Positions 39,803 through 53,675 are shown, counted from the first letter of the whole stretch. The stretch: 63,451 nt of DNA, filler included, from Welwitschia mirabilis (GCA_051453625.1; 9 parts of one record of this genome joined end to end with filler, not necessarily neighbours in it); one strand, 5' to 3'. The notes: generated from the sequence alone by a model not told the origin. Numbers and translations: made by a program.

Positions 39803-40681
39803 NNNNNNNNNNNNNNNNNNNNNNNNNNNNNNNNNNNNNNNNNNNNTTAATTAATTAANNNNNNNNNNNNNNNNNNNNNNNNNNNNNNNNNNNNNNNNNN
39901 NNCATTCTTTGAGCAGAGAGTTAAGCAGCAGATCCTATCTATTAAAAAAAGAGTATAGCACACAGAGGATCAGATTGTGGACATGCTTCTATGCATTATC
40001 TCCATTTAGCAGAATGTGACTGCAGACATTCTAGAGTCAGTATGTATACAAGGCGATGAGACAGGTAAGTCTATTATAACATCTCTTGATGATTGTATCC
40101 CCGTAGATTTTAATCATTCTCCTTTCTCTTCCCTTGCTCCTGAGCCAGTTACTGAACCAAGATTCATCATGCGTAGATGAGGGAAATGATTTTACATTTT
40201 GTATCTCCTCTTCTATAATTTTTTCCTCTTGTTATTATATATACATATCATTTCGTTTCAGCATGGTGTATTATTTCTGTCTGATTTTTTTTACATGATT
40301 ATCTTTCACTTTTTATGATGAGGACAATTCTTTATATTTGACTGTTTATCACAGTAGGGGGTTACTTATCATGATTAATTAATCAATGTAGAAAATTGAT
40401 TTCTATCATAGGTTCTAGTTTTGAAAATCCTCTGTAGAAGCCTATCGCCATCTCTATCATTTGAATGACCATATCAGATGACCAATCTTTAATGCTTTAT
40501 AAGTATTTATGGTATTGTTTTAGATTTTCTACAAATCAGTCTATCTTTGAAATATTCTTCCAATTTTTTTCAGAGAATTTCTATAGATATTTGAGTTGTT
40601 TTTATTGTCTAAAAAGTTAGCTCATAAATGTGGTTTATCCTCTGGTTTTATTAGGGACTGACAAGGCTAACTGGGGGGCTA

Positions 40682-41777
40682 TGTTGCACTGCCAATTTAT
40701 GTGTATTTGATAGGATATTCTGAGTTTTTTTATAGATAAATTAGTAGATAAATACTTAGTTCCCATGATAATGGAGAACTAGGATGAAAAGGATAGAAAT
40801 ATGTGATTTTCAGATAAATTACAAGAATTCTGTGCAAATATGAATGAATGGTATTTTGGATGATAATTTTCTACAAATAATAAAGTGATTGGACTTATTG
40901 AATATTTATTAAAGACTATCGTCTATCTAATTATCTAGATGTCAATGCAGACGACCATGCCAACTGGACAATGACAGGTCTCATAGTCAGTCAGACTGGT
41001 AGTAGACAAGGATCTAACTATTAGTTGGCATTATCTCCTATATCATCTGGATGACCAGATGGATAACATTATGTTGTAATGCTTACACTGTATGATTACC
41101 TTAGCTTTTGTCACTTATTTTGACTTCTCCTTGCATGGTGATTAGGGTTTTCTATGCACCTTTCTATCAGTTTCATTTCTTGTTTTAAATCTATAAATAA
41201 TGTTCTTCACCTCAATTCTTGATCATCTTTGATAGTCCTCGATATACTCGTGACAGGAGATCAAAGGACCAAAAAACCATTCTATAATTTCAGAGAGATA
41301 TTATCTTGGTGTTGAGTAGCATTTTCTCCATTAAGAAACGACTACTTTGTAATACGTACACGGTGTGCATTTTTAATATGAAATATTTTCTATTGTGTTC
41401 AAATGTATGAATGATCTTCTCCTCATACTTTATGTTATTTAAGATTTAGTAACAAGATTTTTATAATACAGATTATAAGGGCAACCTTTGTCAAGTTATG
41501 CTTAGTTAGTTTAGATGTATTGCTATTTCCTTTTCTAGATTAATTTTGTACAAGTGTGTTTTATTTCATTTCTATGCATTGCAAATTATTTATATAGGTT
41601 AGGGTTACCATATTTTTATCTTAAAAGCAACTCTTTTATTTCTTTATTTTGGCCTTCAACGGATTATGACATTTGAATCACTCCCATCTATATTAGTGTG
41701 TTATGTTTATGCATATTATTTTTAGTTAACAGGATTTTAATTAGGACATAAACATTACATAAATATGCACTACAATA
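40682..41777 (+). repeat. 3' LTR of copy K
   Basis: Follows PPT AAGGCTAACTGGGGGCTA; reads TGTTGCACT...ACTACAATA (terminal CA decayed to TA). Confidence 0.92.
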
Positions 41778-43040
41778 GATATTCATTTAGTTGGTGGAAT
41801 AGAGGAGCATCGAGCTTATGGAACCATTTTAGACATTCTAGCTAATTTGACCATTGGTCAACGAGGGGTAAATGTTATCCATCTAATCCCCATGTATAAA
41901 GTTTTGCACAGATGACTGATTCATAACATTAGTCCATCATACTATGATAGTCATGCTATGGCTGCACGTTTTTAGATTCAAGTAGCTTTCTATTAAGGGG
42001 AGTAGATGGATTTATCTACTTTTATCTAGAGGCGACCCAGGTTTATGATTAAGACATAACATCTATAGACACTTGATTATCCATGCCTCCTCTTAGCTTT
42101 GTTTAGATGATTTGGGATACTAGAGCCCATAAGTAAGTGATGTATCTTACATATTCAAACTTCTGTTTGCTATTTATAGGATATAGGTATACAGGTACCA
42201 AAAGAGATAGAGAGACCTCAGGTATAGAGACTTGTAGTTTGAAGCTTCATTAGAGTAGATTCAGGCCATTTTAACTAAGACTACCAAGATCCTTAGAGGT
42301 TTTGTTAATTAGAGGTTCTACGCCTTCAAGCATAGAGTTGAGTAGAGAATCTTATCTATCAAGAGGAGAGTACAACACATAGAGGACCAAATGATGGACA
42401 TGTACCAGCATATTGTCTTCATTTTGCAAAGTGTAACTATAGATATTCTAGAATTAGTATGTGTCTAGAGTGATGAGACTGTCAGGTCTACTATAGCATC
42501 TCTTAATGTCCATCTTCTAGCATACCTTGAGCATCCTCCTCCTTTATTCCCTACTCCTGAGCTAATTACTGAACTAGAGCTCATTATGCGTATATGAGGG
42601 GAGTGATTTTGCATTATATTTTTTTATCTCCCCTTCTACACTTTTTATACTAAAAGATCTTATTATTATATAGAAATATCATTTCTTTTTAGCATGACAT
42701 ACTATTTCTATTTGACTTTTACATGATTATCTTTCAATTTTTATGATGAGGATTGCATTTTAGTTAGGGTAAAATCTTTATATTTGACTATTTATTATAG
42801 TGAGAGGCTATTTATTATGATTAATTAATTATCTAAGAAAATCAATTTTTGTCGCAAGTTCCAGTTTTAAAAATGCTTTATAAAGCCTGTCGTCCTTTAC
42901 ATCATCTAGATGACTGTACCAGACGACCAATCTTTAATGCTTCATAGGTGTTTATGTTCAGTGTTTCTAATTTTTCAAAAATTTAGTCTTTCTTTGAAAA
43001 TATTCTTCAAATCTTTTTGAAATAATTTCTAAAAATTTAG

Positions 43041-43291
43041 TGGCATACTATGTACTTTAATTAATGATATAAGAATTTATGAAGCCTACATTGGTAGTGT
43101 GACATCCGATACAATTTCAGGTCTGATGATGTTAGTATGATATCAACAGTTTGGCATTCTATAGTAATCTAATTAATGATGTCAACATTTAGAAAGCCTA
43201 CATTAGTAGTGTAAACCCTATACGTTTTCAGATCCAATGATGTTAGCATGATATTAGTAATGTAATGTCCTATAGTAATCTAGTTGATGAT
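43041..43291. repeat. Tandem repeat with ~111-112 nt period, ~2.3 copies
   Basis: AGCCTACATT at 43083 and 43195; TATAGTAATCT at 43160 and 43271. Confidence 0.85.
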
Positions 43292-44221
43292 TATTGTAAT
43301 GCGTATTTGTACAAATGTTATATTCCTAAGAAGATACCATCAATCATAAATAAATATAGATTTTGCACAACACAACACACTAATATAAACAATAGTGGAC
43401 TTGAATGTCATAATTCATCGAAGGTGCATGCTAGAAGAAAGAGAATTAATTTCAAGAGAAATACTTACGTATTCTTAATAGTATAAATAGAATGTAAAGT
43501 AGAAAATAATAATGTAAATACACTTATGCAAAGTTAATCTAGGAAAGGAAAAATAATAATGTACCTACNNNNNNNNNNNNNNNNNNNGACAAAGATTTTC
43601 TTCATAATCTATATCACTTAAGAAGTTGTCATCAAATTAGAAGTATCATAAACTATTAAGGGATAAATACACACTAATCATAAGAAAATAGAAAAGAGTT
43701 CTTAAATTAGTATGGAACTAACATTTGTATTAAAAATTAGCCACACATCAATGAAGGAAGCACAACCCAACACTAAGAAAGATGTCTCTCTGCAACTATA
43801 AGGGATAGATCTCTTATCCTTCGATCTCTTATCACGAGAGTTTCTAATGCCTGTGAATACAAGTAGAAGTCGAGGGTAAAGTCCATACTTATCGATAAAA
43901 AAACTCACAAATAAATAAAGATAGATAGAAATAGCAAAACCCTAAGTACCGTGTAATAAATACAAAGATAAATGGGAAAAGTTAGATGAATTTTTGTAAA
44001 GTGTTATAATAGTTGTCATCCTACTAGTCATCTAGATGATACAGGAGATGATGCCTTCTCATAAGAATTCTATATCGTCTATTAAATTGATTCTAGTCAA
44101 CATATTTATTGGCTTAATTATTTTATCATCTATATAGATGTCTGGACAATGAAGTATATGATAAGCTTTTTATAAGTGTCCATGAAATGCATCAGCCTTA
44201 ATATTTGCAAGACATTTACTT
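43292..44221 (-). repeat. Athila-like LTR (3' or solo), running into a gap
   Basis: Homologous to 5264-6150; ends ATTACAATA on the minus strand with no PBS following. Confidence 0.85.
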
Positions 44222-44321
44222 NNNNNNNNNNNNNNNNNNNNNNNNNNNNNNNNNNNNNNNNNNNNTTAATTAATTAANNNNNNNNNNNNNNNNNNNNNNN
44301 NNNNNNNNNNNNNNNNNNNNN

Positions 44322-47300
44322 AAAAAGAGGGAAATTTAAAACCTATTTAACCTATCCCCTGGAAATGATGTGGAGTTAAAAAACTTGAATTCTTATCCTA
44401 TCTTTTTTGGAGAAACTAATGAAGACCCATTTTAATACATAGTTGATATTGAAAAACTCATTTTTACCATAGAAAATGGGGAAAATAGAATTTCATATAG
44501 GACCTACATAATAGTCTATCCATTTACCTTAAAAGGAAAAGTAAAGAATTGGCTGAAAATCATTTCATATAAAATTTTTAAGTTATAGAATCATATATAA
44601 GAAGTCTTTATCAAATGGTTTATGAATGAAATAGTCATGAAAACAAGAAGAAAAGAAGTAAAAAAATTTTAATAATACACTCATGAAGATTATTCCTCAA
44701 CATATGAAAGATATTTAATTGTTGTGTTATTCAACCTAGTGAATGAATTTGAAAAACAAGAACTTATTAATCATTTCTATAGTGAATTAAATAGTCAAAT
44801 TAGATAAATGGTATATGTTTCATGTGATAGAGATTTACTTAATTTAACCTTAAATAATGCTTGAAACGTATTAGAATACCTTATGAAAAGAAGTCAAAAC
44901 TCGTTAAAACTACATGTAAAGACACTAGAACTATAGGTGAAATGCTTAAAGACTCAAAAAACGTGTAATATGAAGAAGAAAAACCAAAGGTTAATTCCCT
45001 ACTTAGTAATCTTACTATCACATTAGAGAGTTACAAAAAAGCTTTAATTGATGCAAAATTGCTAAATCAACTTAGCCATTGTGAAATATGTGATGAAAAC
45101 TATCACTTTACCAAAGAATGCCCAGCATTACCAACTTGTAGAAAGGCCATGTTCAATGAAGTTTATGCATTCAATCAAAGGACAAACAACTTTTAAGGCA
45201 ATTAATAATATCCTCCAAGAAATAATGAAACTTTAACATCTTTCCAACCTTCATTTGATAACAAATGCAGAAGTCATAACTCTCATCCCACTTTTTTCAA
45301 CTATAATAAAAATGATTCTTATAGAGAAATGATGGAGGAACTCAAAAAGACATAAGATACCATCAATAAAATTTTAAAAAATTAGAATAAAAACTTATAA
45401 AATTTGATTGGCTTCCTTTGACAAAACATATTAGAAAATTAAAGACCTCAAGGATTATTTGCCAATCAAACTTTTTTGACCCCAAATGATGTAAAGAAAG
45501 ATTGAAAAGTAGTAACCAGAAGTGGAAATAATGCTACTAATCATAAATAATCTTTAACTTTTATCCACAAAGAAAAGTAAAAACCTTAAGAATATGATAT
45601 TGAAATTCTTGGTCAACTGAACTTTCCTAAATCTAATAATAATCAACTTCCCAAAGAGAAGACTATCCCATGGCTAGAAAAATTAAATAACAATTCAACT
45701 TAGGATGAATTTTGAAAGTAATTATGGATGATGTTACTATTAACTACACTTTTGGAAGATCCTTTAAGATAAACCCAAGTACAATAAAATTTGGAAGGAC
45801 TTAGTTACAAGAAAACAAAAAAGAGTAATTCTAAGTAAAGTATTCATTACACAATTTCATTTCAATCTATTTTCCGAAAAATGTCTTAATTTTAAAGATC
45901 TAGGGGTACTCACTGTTGGTGTTATTTTGAAAGAAACGAAGAAAATTAAGAAATCTCTAATAGAGATAGAAGCAAGTGTCAATATTATACCTTTATACAT
46001 TTACAAAAAGATTGGATTAGAAAGAAGAATTGAACCTATCAAAATAGTGTTGGAATTGGCTAATTCATCAATTAAAAAATCTATAAGAATAATGACTCAA
46101 ATTAAGGATGCTTTCTACCTTATATATGTGGTCATAATTGAGGTTAAAGATAATGGTGGATAGCTTATACTTTTAGGAAGAGCCTTTTGTGCAACAACTC
46201 ATTATGTCGTTGATACTCACACAGGGAGGTTGGAATGTCATATAGGCAATAAAAAGTTTAGTATCAGAGTATTCAATGTTGCTAAAAAGGATGTGAAAGA
46301 TGAACTAGACATAGAAGAAAATGTTAGATCATCCATATTAGTTGAACATCATCCTTTGGAAGAAAGGCTCCTCTCATTACATAAGTCTATCTTATTTGAG
46401 AATGAGGAAGAATCTTTTATTATTCTTAAATCTTTAAATTTCTCCAATCCTTAAAACTTCAATCCAAATATTTAATCACTATTTTAATAATAATTTTCAT
46501 AAGGACTTTGAACCCATACTTGATCATTATATCCAACATGTAAGATCCATTAAAAATATTTTACATCAAGATGGGTGTTCTACAACTATGAAGGATGAAA
46601 ATAATCTTCAACTTAAAGACTTACTCAATGGCTTGAAATACATGTTGTTAAATAATATTTCTAATAAGCCATTGATCATTAGTTTTCAACTTCACCCTCT
46701 CTAAGAAAAAAACCTTACTTAATCCTACCATTAAGCTAATAGTCAAGGATAAAATTTCTAAACTTATAAACATAGGTCAATTTGTGATTTTGCATAATAA
46801 TTGAGTAAATCCTATACATAACAAGATAACCTCCAAATGGATTGATTCTTATCATGTGAAAAGGGTATATTCTAATGGTTTATTAAGATCTCTAATATTC
46901 AAACTCAAGAAATCCAAAGAGTAAATGGACAAAGATTAAAATTTTATACATCTCCAGATGATTTTTGCTATATCATATACATGATAAAAGCAATTAACTC
47001 CTCTTTGTAAAAAGGAAGATCTTCCCTTGGCCATCTACTAGATTCTTACTTAGCTTTATTCCTTGGTTTAAGTTATAAGACTACTTGATCATCTTTAACT
47101 TAATTTATGTTTGATGTTCATAAGTGTTACCATGATTAATTAATTCTTCACTTTGGGTTTTCATGTGATAAAGATTGAATTTAGCCAATATCAAGATATT
47201 CCAATATCTACAATCAATCTCCTTGGTTATTTTATGGCAAGATATCAATTATATTAATTTGATGCTTATTTTTAGTCATATACTTTTTTGCTTTATCATT

Positions 47301-48256
47301 TCAAAATTAATTAATGCTATAAAACATGGAAATTCTAAGTCAATGAAAAAGAATCAAAAAAAATAAAAAGAAAGAGACAAATATTAAAACAAAGGAAAAA
47401 GAAAAGAAAGAAAGAAAAATAAAAATAAATCACCCTTTTGTAATTGTACCATGATGTTCTATCACAAGCATGCCAGGGTAAATTTTCTTGAGAGGGGTCT
47501 TTGGTTATATGATGTGGTAGTTATGAAAACTCCATTAGAGGATTAGTTGACCATGATCTACCTTTAACTTATGGATCCTTATTCTCTTGATAGTGATTGC
47601 ACTCCCCTCATTATGATGAACAGTGTTGTTCAATACCCCATTGGCTAAAACTCCCATCACTCTAAAGCACAGACTTCATGAGCATATGATTATATTAATT
47701 ATTGGATGATATCTTCTCAAGGTACTATGATTTTCATAGCTAAAGAGGGATTGAATCATAGTCCAAACATGATTTAATACCTTGCTAAATATGATCAGTG
47801 GATATTATCATCATCACTGCCCTTTCAAATGATATTCTATAGTGTTCTACATTGAATCATGCATTTCTATATCAAGTCTCTTTATAACCTTACTAGGAAA
47901 TTTTTACTAGGTTTGAATTTTAGGTAAAAAGTTAATCTTCTTCATATTCTCTCTTATCTATTCTCAAAGTCATTTTTCTCACCTCTTCTAAAATAATAGT
48001 TAGGACCTTTTTATTTTCTAATCTACTTATTACATTTTTCATTACTTGATTATTATTCATTAAATCAAATTCACCTCTGCTTGACCATCCTTTTACATGA
48101 TAGTATTGATATTCTGCTTTCCTTTAACAATCTTCCTTTTTATAACCTCTTCTCTCACTTAACCTTGCAATCATGAAATTCTTACCCTACTTTACCTTTC
48201 CTTCATGACTTATGTAACTTTTTTATGATGTTAAACTTAATGATTTATAATATACA
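44322..48256 (+). mobile_element. Athila-like copy F: gag-protease retained; RT, RNase H and integrase core deleted
   Basis: gag with CEICDENYHFTKEC at ~45080-45121; protease ASVNIIP...ILLGRAF; then LNPTIKLIVKDKISKLINIG fused to QFVILHNN...SKWIDSY; then 3' noncoding region. Confidence 0.85.
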
Positions 48257-48355
48257 NNNNNNNNNNNNNNNNNNNNNNNNNNNNNNNNNNNNNNNNNNNN
48301 TTAATTAATTAANNNNNNNNNNNNNNNNNNNNNNNNNNNNNNNNNNNNNNNNNNN

Positions 48356-48718
48356 NTGGAGATGGGAATGAGGTCCAAGATAGAACTACGTGTGGTCTGA
48401 TCTCCTTTGGATGAGGATACATAGGCATGGTTGCTTGGCTGTGGATGCAATCAACCATTCAACCACAACTCACACATCCTTTTGGTGTGTTCCTAAATAA
48501 CCATAAGATGGAATGTGATGATAATCAGGTGAGCTATCCCCATATAGTTTTCCTGAGGTGTATTCAGTGGGTAATTGAAAGGTGGTTATATTAGTTTCAA
48601 ACTAATTGATCCACTGTAATATTTAATCATGTCTTGTAAGCTAATTTTATTTAACCAACACAAAAATTCCCATGGTATTTCATGCTTCTTAAGTCTAGCC
48701 TAATTGTGGGTTGTGACA
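48356..48718 (+). repeat. 3' end of an LTR from a different (chromovirus/Tekay-like) Gypsy family, inserted in gag of copy G
   Basis: Ends GGGTTGTGACA, resembling the GGGTCGTGACA terminus of plant chromovirus LTRs, then switches abruptly to antisense gag. Confidence 0.55.
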
Positions 48719-51158
48719 ACTACTATAGAGAAATATTCATAAGTAGAGGCATAATCTTCATTTGGTTTTTGTTGGAATTTTATTACCACTTTTTTCTTTC
48801 TCTTATCATTTCTTTACTCATGAATCTTTTTACAAAGGTTTTTTAGACTTGTTTAGATGTTTTTAATCTTTTGTGGGATATAGTTTTTAGTTAAAGTTTT
48901 TTTCTATCCTTTAATAGGTTAAAATGTATTTGAATTTCTCTTTTCTTATTGGCTAATAATTCCCTCAAGGTAAGGTTTGTATTAGGGGTAGAAGATCCTA
49001 TAACTTGTTTTTGTTTATGGGAGGTACTCGATATTGTAGATTGGTTCTCTCCTTCTATAGGTTTTTCATTAATAAAATCTAATTCCAAAAAAAAATTATA
49101 AGGAGATTTGAGCGTAACTGGAGATTGCTCTTTCGATTTATTTTCTATTCCCACTAGTCCTTCTTTGATGTTCTTTTCTATTAGCTACCTTTCTTTCAGA
49201 TATTTCTTCTTTAAGTTGATCATATCCCATCATCCTACAAATAGCAAATAATATAAAATAGACTAAAAAAATAATAGACTGTCATCCTGTCTATCATGGT
49301 AATGATAAAAGAGATGATGCACACAGAAATAGAAAGCAAAAAATATAGAAAAATGTCTGTCGTTCACCTGGTCATCTGGATATCACAAGAGACAACAAAA
49401 AACTAATTTATTTAGAAAAATCATAATCCAAAAATAAAACCAAAATAAAAATAGCACATTATCATCTTGACTATTATGGAGATGATAGAGGGAATGACCA
49501 CACTTTTTATAAAAAACTGAACTGAAAAATTGAGACTACAAAATAGCACATAAAAAACCTACAGCTCCTAATAAAATACAACGTCGTACAAATAAATAAC
49601 CAAACAGAGGTCTGATCTACTCATCTGAGCANNNNNNNNNNNNNNNNNNNNNNNNNNNNNNNNNNNNNNNNNNNNNNNNNNNNNNNNNNNNNNNNNNNNN
49701 NNNNNNNNNNNNNNNNNNNNNNNNNNNNNNNNNNNNNNNNNNNNNNNNNNNNNNNNNNNNNNNNNNNNNNNNNNNNNNNNNNNNNNNNNNNNNNNNNNNN
49801 NNNNNNNNNNNNNNNNNNNNNNNNNNNNNNNNNNNNNNNNNNNNNNNNNNNNNNNNNNNNNNNNNNNNNNNNNNNNNNNNNNNNNNNNNNNNNNNNNNNN
49901 NNNNNNNNNNNNNNNNNNNNNNNNNNNNNNNNNNNNNNNNNNNNNNNNNNNNNNNNNNNNNNNNNNNNNNNNNNNNNNNNNNNNNNNNNNNNNNNNNNNN
50001 NNNNNNNNNNNNNNNNNNNNNNNNNNNNNNNNNNNNNNNNNNNNNNNNNNNNNNNNNNNNNNNNNNNNNNNNNNNNNNNNNNNNNNNNNNNNNNNNNNNN
50101 NNNNNNNNNNNNNNNNNNNNNNNNNNNNNNNNNNNNNNNNNNNNNNNNNNNNNNNNNNNNNNNNNNNNNNNNNNNNNNNNNNNNNNNNNNNNNNNNNNNN
50201 NNNNNNNNNNNNNNNNNNNNNNNNNNNNNNNNNNNNNNNNNNNNNNNNNNNNNNNNNNNNNNNNNNNNNNNNNNNNNNNNNNNNNNNNNNNNNNNNNNNN
50301 NNNNNNNNNNNNNNNNNNNNNNNNNNNNNNNNNNNNNNNNNNNNNNNNNNNNNNNNNNNNNNNNNNNNNNNNNNNNNNNNNNNNNNNNNNNNNNNNNNNN
50401 NNNNNNNNNNNNNNNNNNNNNNNNNNNNNNNNNNNNNNNNNNNNNNNNNNNNNNNNNNNNNNNNNNNNNNNNNNNNNNNNNNNNNNNNNNNNNNNNNNNN
50501 NNNNNNNNNNNNNNNNNNNNNNCTTTTTATAGAAAACTGAACTGAAAAATCGAGACTACAAAATAGCACATAAAAAACCTACAGCTCCTAATAAAATACA
50601 ACATCATACAAATAAATAACCAAACAGAGGTCTGATATACTCATCTGAGTAACAAAAACACATGTACTTCTCAATAGACTTCTCCCACAATGGTGCTAAT
50701 TTTTTACTGCGTGTATTTGTACAAGCTTTACATTCAAAGAGATCTTATCATTAATAATCAAAATAGATATTTTGCACAATACATCACACTAGTATAATGG
50801 AAGATAATCCAAAACATCATATTCTCATTAAAGTCTATGAGTATGAGACTCAGGTTGCTTTGCAAATGAATAGGGACCAGAAATAAATAATAATGCAAGA
50901 AATAAAAATACAATACAACATTCAAGATGCAACTATTCTAAATGAAAATGCAAAATGAACTAACACTACTTTCTTTCAACTTTAATAGAGGCTGCCCTTA
51001 ATAATCTATATCACCTAAGAAATTATCATCAAATTAAGGGCAAAATAGGCTATAAGGGTAATTACAAAATCTATAATGTAAACATGAAAAGAAAACCAAG
51101 ATTTTTATTAAAATAGTAATAAGCACATGGGTTACAAAATAGCTAGGTCTCAATGGAG
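48719..51158 (-). mobile_element. Athila-like copy G: partial LTR (50705-51158), PBS (50681-50698), leader and internally deleted gag start
   Basis: PBS TAGCACCATTGTGGGAGA; gag LRELLANKKREIQIHFNL and EDYASTYE. Confidence 0.8.
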
Positions 51159-51258
51159 NNNNNNNNNNNNNNNNNNNNNNNNNNNNNNNNNNNNNNNNNN
51201 NNNNNNNNNNNNNNNNNNNNNNNNNNNNNNNNNNNNNNNNNNNNNNNNNNNNNNNNNN

Positions 51259-52489
51259 CTTGCCTATCTAGGGATAACAGAGGGAATGACCACTAATTTT
51301 TATAGAAAACTAAAAAACAAAACAAAACTAAAAAACTATACATATAAAATCTATAGTTCCTAATAACTGCATAGATAAATAATCAAATAGAAGTTCGATA
51401 TACTAACTTGAATGATGACAACCCTTGTACTCCTTAATAGCCTTCCAAAGCCAAAATATTGTGGTGTATATTTGTATAAGTTTTTACATTCAAAAAGATC
51501 TTATCATTTATAATTAAAATAGCTAGCTTACATAATACATCACACTAGTATAGTGGGAGTTAACCTAAAATGTCATATCCATGTTAAATTTTTTAAGTAC
51601 AAGACTCAAGTTTCTTTACAAATAAAACTAGAAACCAAGAATAAATAATAATGTAAGGACATAAAGACACAATGAAAGATGCAATCTAAACTAACATGCA
51701 ATACAAAAATAACCCTAACTCTACTTACCTTTAGCCTTAACAAAGGATTCCCTTGATAATCTATATCATCCAAGAAATTTTTACTAGATTAAGAGCAATC
51801 ATAAACTATAAGGGTAATTAGAAAACTTGAGATGTAAACATGAAAAGAAAACTAAGTTTTATATTAAAAGAGTAACAATGTTTGGGTTACAAAATAGCTA
51901 GGTCTCAATGGAGGATACACAACCCTCCACTAAGTGCTCGTCTTTCTGTAATGCTCAAGATGGACCTCCCACCCTTTGCTCTCCTATCAAAAAAATGTCT
52001 GGTGCAACGAAGATGAAAATGAGAGTCAAGGGAGGTCTTATTTATAAGAAAATACAGCAGAAAAGGATAAACAATAGGTGTAGTTAGGTATGAAAATGGT
52101 CAAGGAAGTCTGTTCAAGTTAGTTACATGATAGTGTCATCTGGGCTATCATCCGAATGACATTAGGGATGACAGAATATTCTTGAAATGATGACTTAATA
52201 GTCCACATCAGTAGTCATCATCCTAGCTATTTTGGGGACAAATAAGGGGATAATGGTCTTCTTTGATTATTTTCTTAAGGAGAAACTTATCACTTTTATC
52301 ATAAATCCTTCTTCAAAGCTATGTGCATCAGAAAGTGCGTTTAATGTATAAATTTAGATAAGAATCACACTTTTCCTAAATTTCTTCTTGTATCTCCAAA
52401 ATCCTTATAATTGCACCTAAACCTATATAAAAGCCCTACAAAACAACTCATAAAACTTCATCAAATAACTATAAATTGATAGCGCAATA
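51259..52489 (-). repeat. Second LTR (51457-52489) plus start of leader, same subfamily as copy G
   Basis: Paralogous to 50523-51158; both termini are decayed (TA...TA) and the PBS is largely eroded. Confidence 0.8.
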
Positions 52490-53675
52490 CCTATCTTAAT
52501 TGAAATTTAAGTGACATGAATTTGTAATTGAAATAGATTATAAGGATCAATCTAGATGACAATAGATTATAAGTTTAATTAAATTAATTGCATTAGAATT
52601 ACACTCATTAAATTCCATTCCATTCCATTCCATTGCATTGCATTCCATCTTCATCTTTGTGTTGTTTAATTTTATTTTCTTGAAAGTAAAAGTCTAAAAT
52701 ATTTATTCTTCTCTTGATGAAAGCAATTTTTCATATTCTCTTTCGATAGTCTTCTCTAAGTGTATGACAATTNNNNNNNNNNNNNNNNNNNNNNNNNNNN
52801 NNNNNNNNNNNNNNNNTTAATTAATTAANNNNNNNNNNNNNNNNNNNNNNNNNNNNNNNNNNNNNNNNNNNNTTAAAGCTCTTTTTATTCTTTTATTTTC
52901 CTCTAATGTGATACTAATGGTTTCTATTCCTAGATCCTTAAATTTTGGAGATTTTTGTAAGACTACATTGCTTAGGGATTAATCTAGAAAGACTTTGATA
53001 GATATAGTTTGTTTTTGTTTTCTTCTTATTAAGTATTTCCACAATTTATAATATTTTGAATTTTATTGCAAAATTTTATAAAATAATAAGTTTATGCTCA
53101 TATTTTGCATCAAGGCTTTAAGATAATCATTAAAGGTTGAATTAGTGTTTAGCCTATCAAGCCAAGGAGTAGCAGGTTTTTTTTCTTTTTTTATGAACAA
53201 ATTTTCTTTTTAATTTTATCATTTAAAGGAAAAGAAAAGTTACGATTTTCTAATATTTTGATGTCCTCTTCTTCTTCATCATTTCTTGTGTTGTTTTGGA
53301 AGGTTGAGGCTTCATAAAGAGGAGGGTTTATTTCATTTTCACTTCTTATCACAACTTTACAATCTTTTCTTACTTCATTAGGATTCAGTAGAGGTTTTAT
53401 TGCTAATAATCTTTGTGGTCTTTGATTTGTGAGCATGGTTTATTGAAGGACATTCACTAAATTTTCAATGTTAGAATTTATCTTTTTTAATATTTTTAAA
53501 GTTTATCTATAGAATTTCTAAGTAAATAATTCTAATATTAAAAGTTTGATAAACTTGGTTGAAAGATTAAATTTTCAAATCTACTTTTAAAAGGTTGTGA
53601 ATTAGTTTTAAAATTTTTCAATTTGTTGTCAAAGGTCTAAAAATTAGATTGTGCATGCATTTTAGGTTGGAACTA

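Larger units (their letters stand above)
36176..41777 (+). mobile_element. Nested Athila-like copy K with both LTRs and a 5-bp TSD (AATAT/GATAT); most of pol not seen (linker gap at 39803-39902)
   Basis: 5' LTR 36176-37248, PBS 37252-37269, gag, protease, gap, accessory-gene tail 39903-40180, PPT, 3' LTR 40682-41777. Confidence 0.9.
35187..42597 (+). pseudogene. Accessory gene of copy E: exon 1 35187-35191, intron 35192-35740, exon 2 35741-42597, split by insertion 36176-41777
   Basis: The frame IDLGGLRVL(N/D)I|HLVGGIEEHRAYG is restored when the insert and one TSD copy are removed; later LDYPCLLLALFR*FGI. Confidence 0.8.
34945..43035 (+). mobile_element. Athila-like copy E (3' region with accessory gene), host of nested copy K
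   Basis: 34945-36175 plus 41778-43035 are collinear with copy D 21180-23620; truncated before its PPT. Confidence 0.85.
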
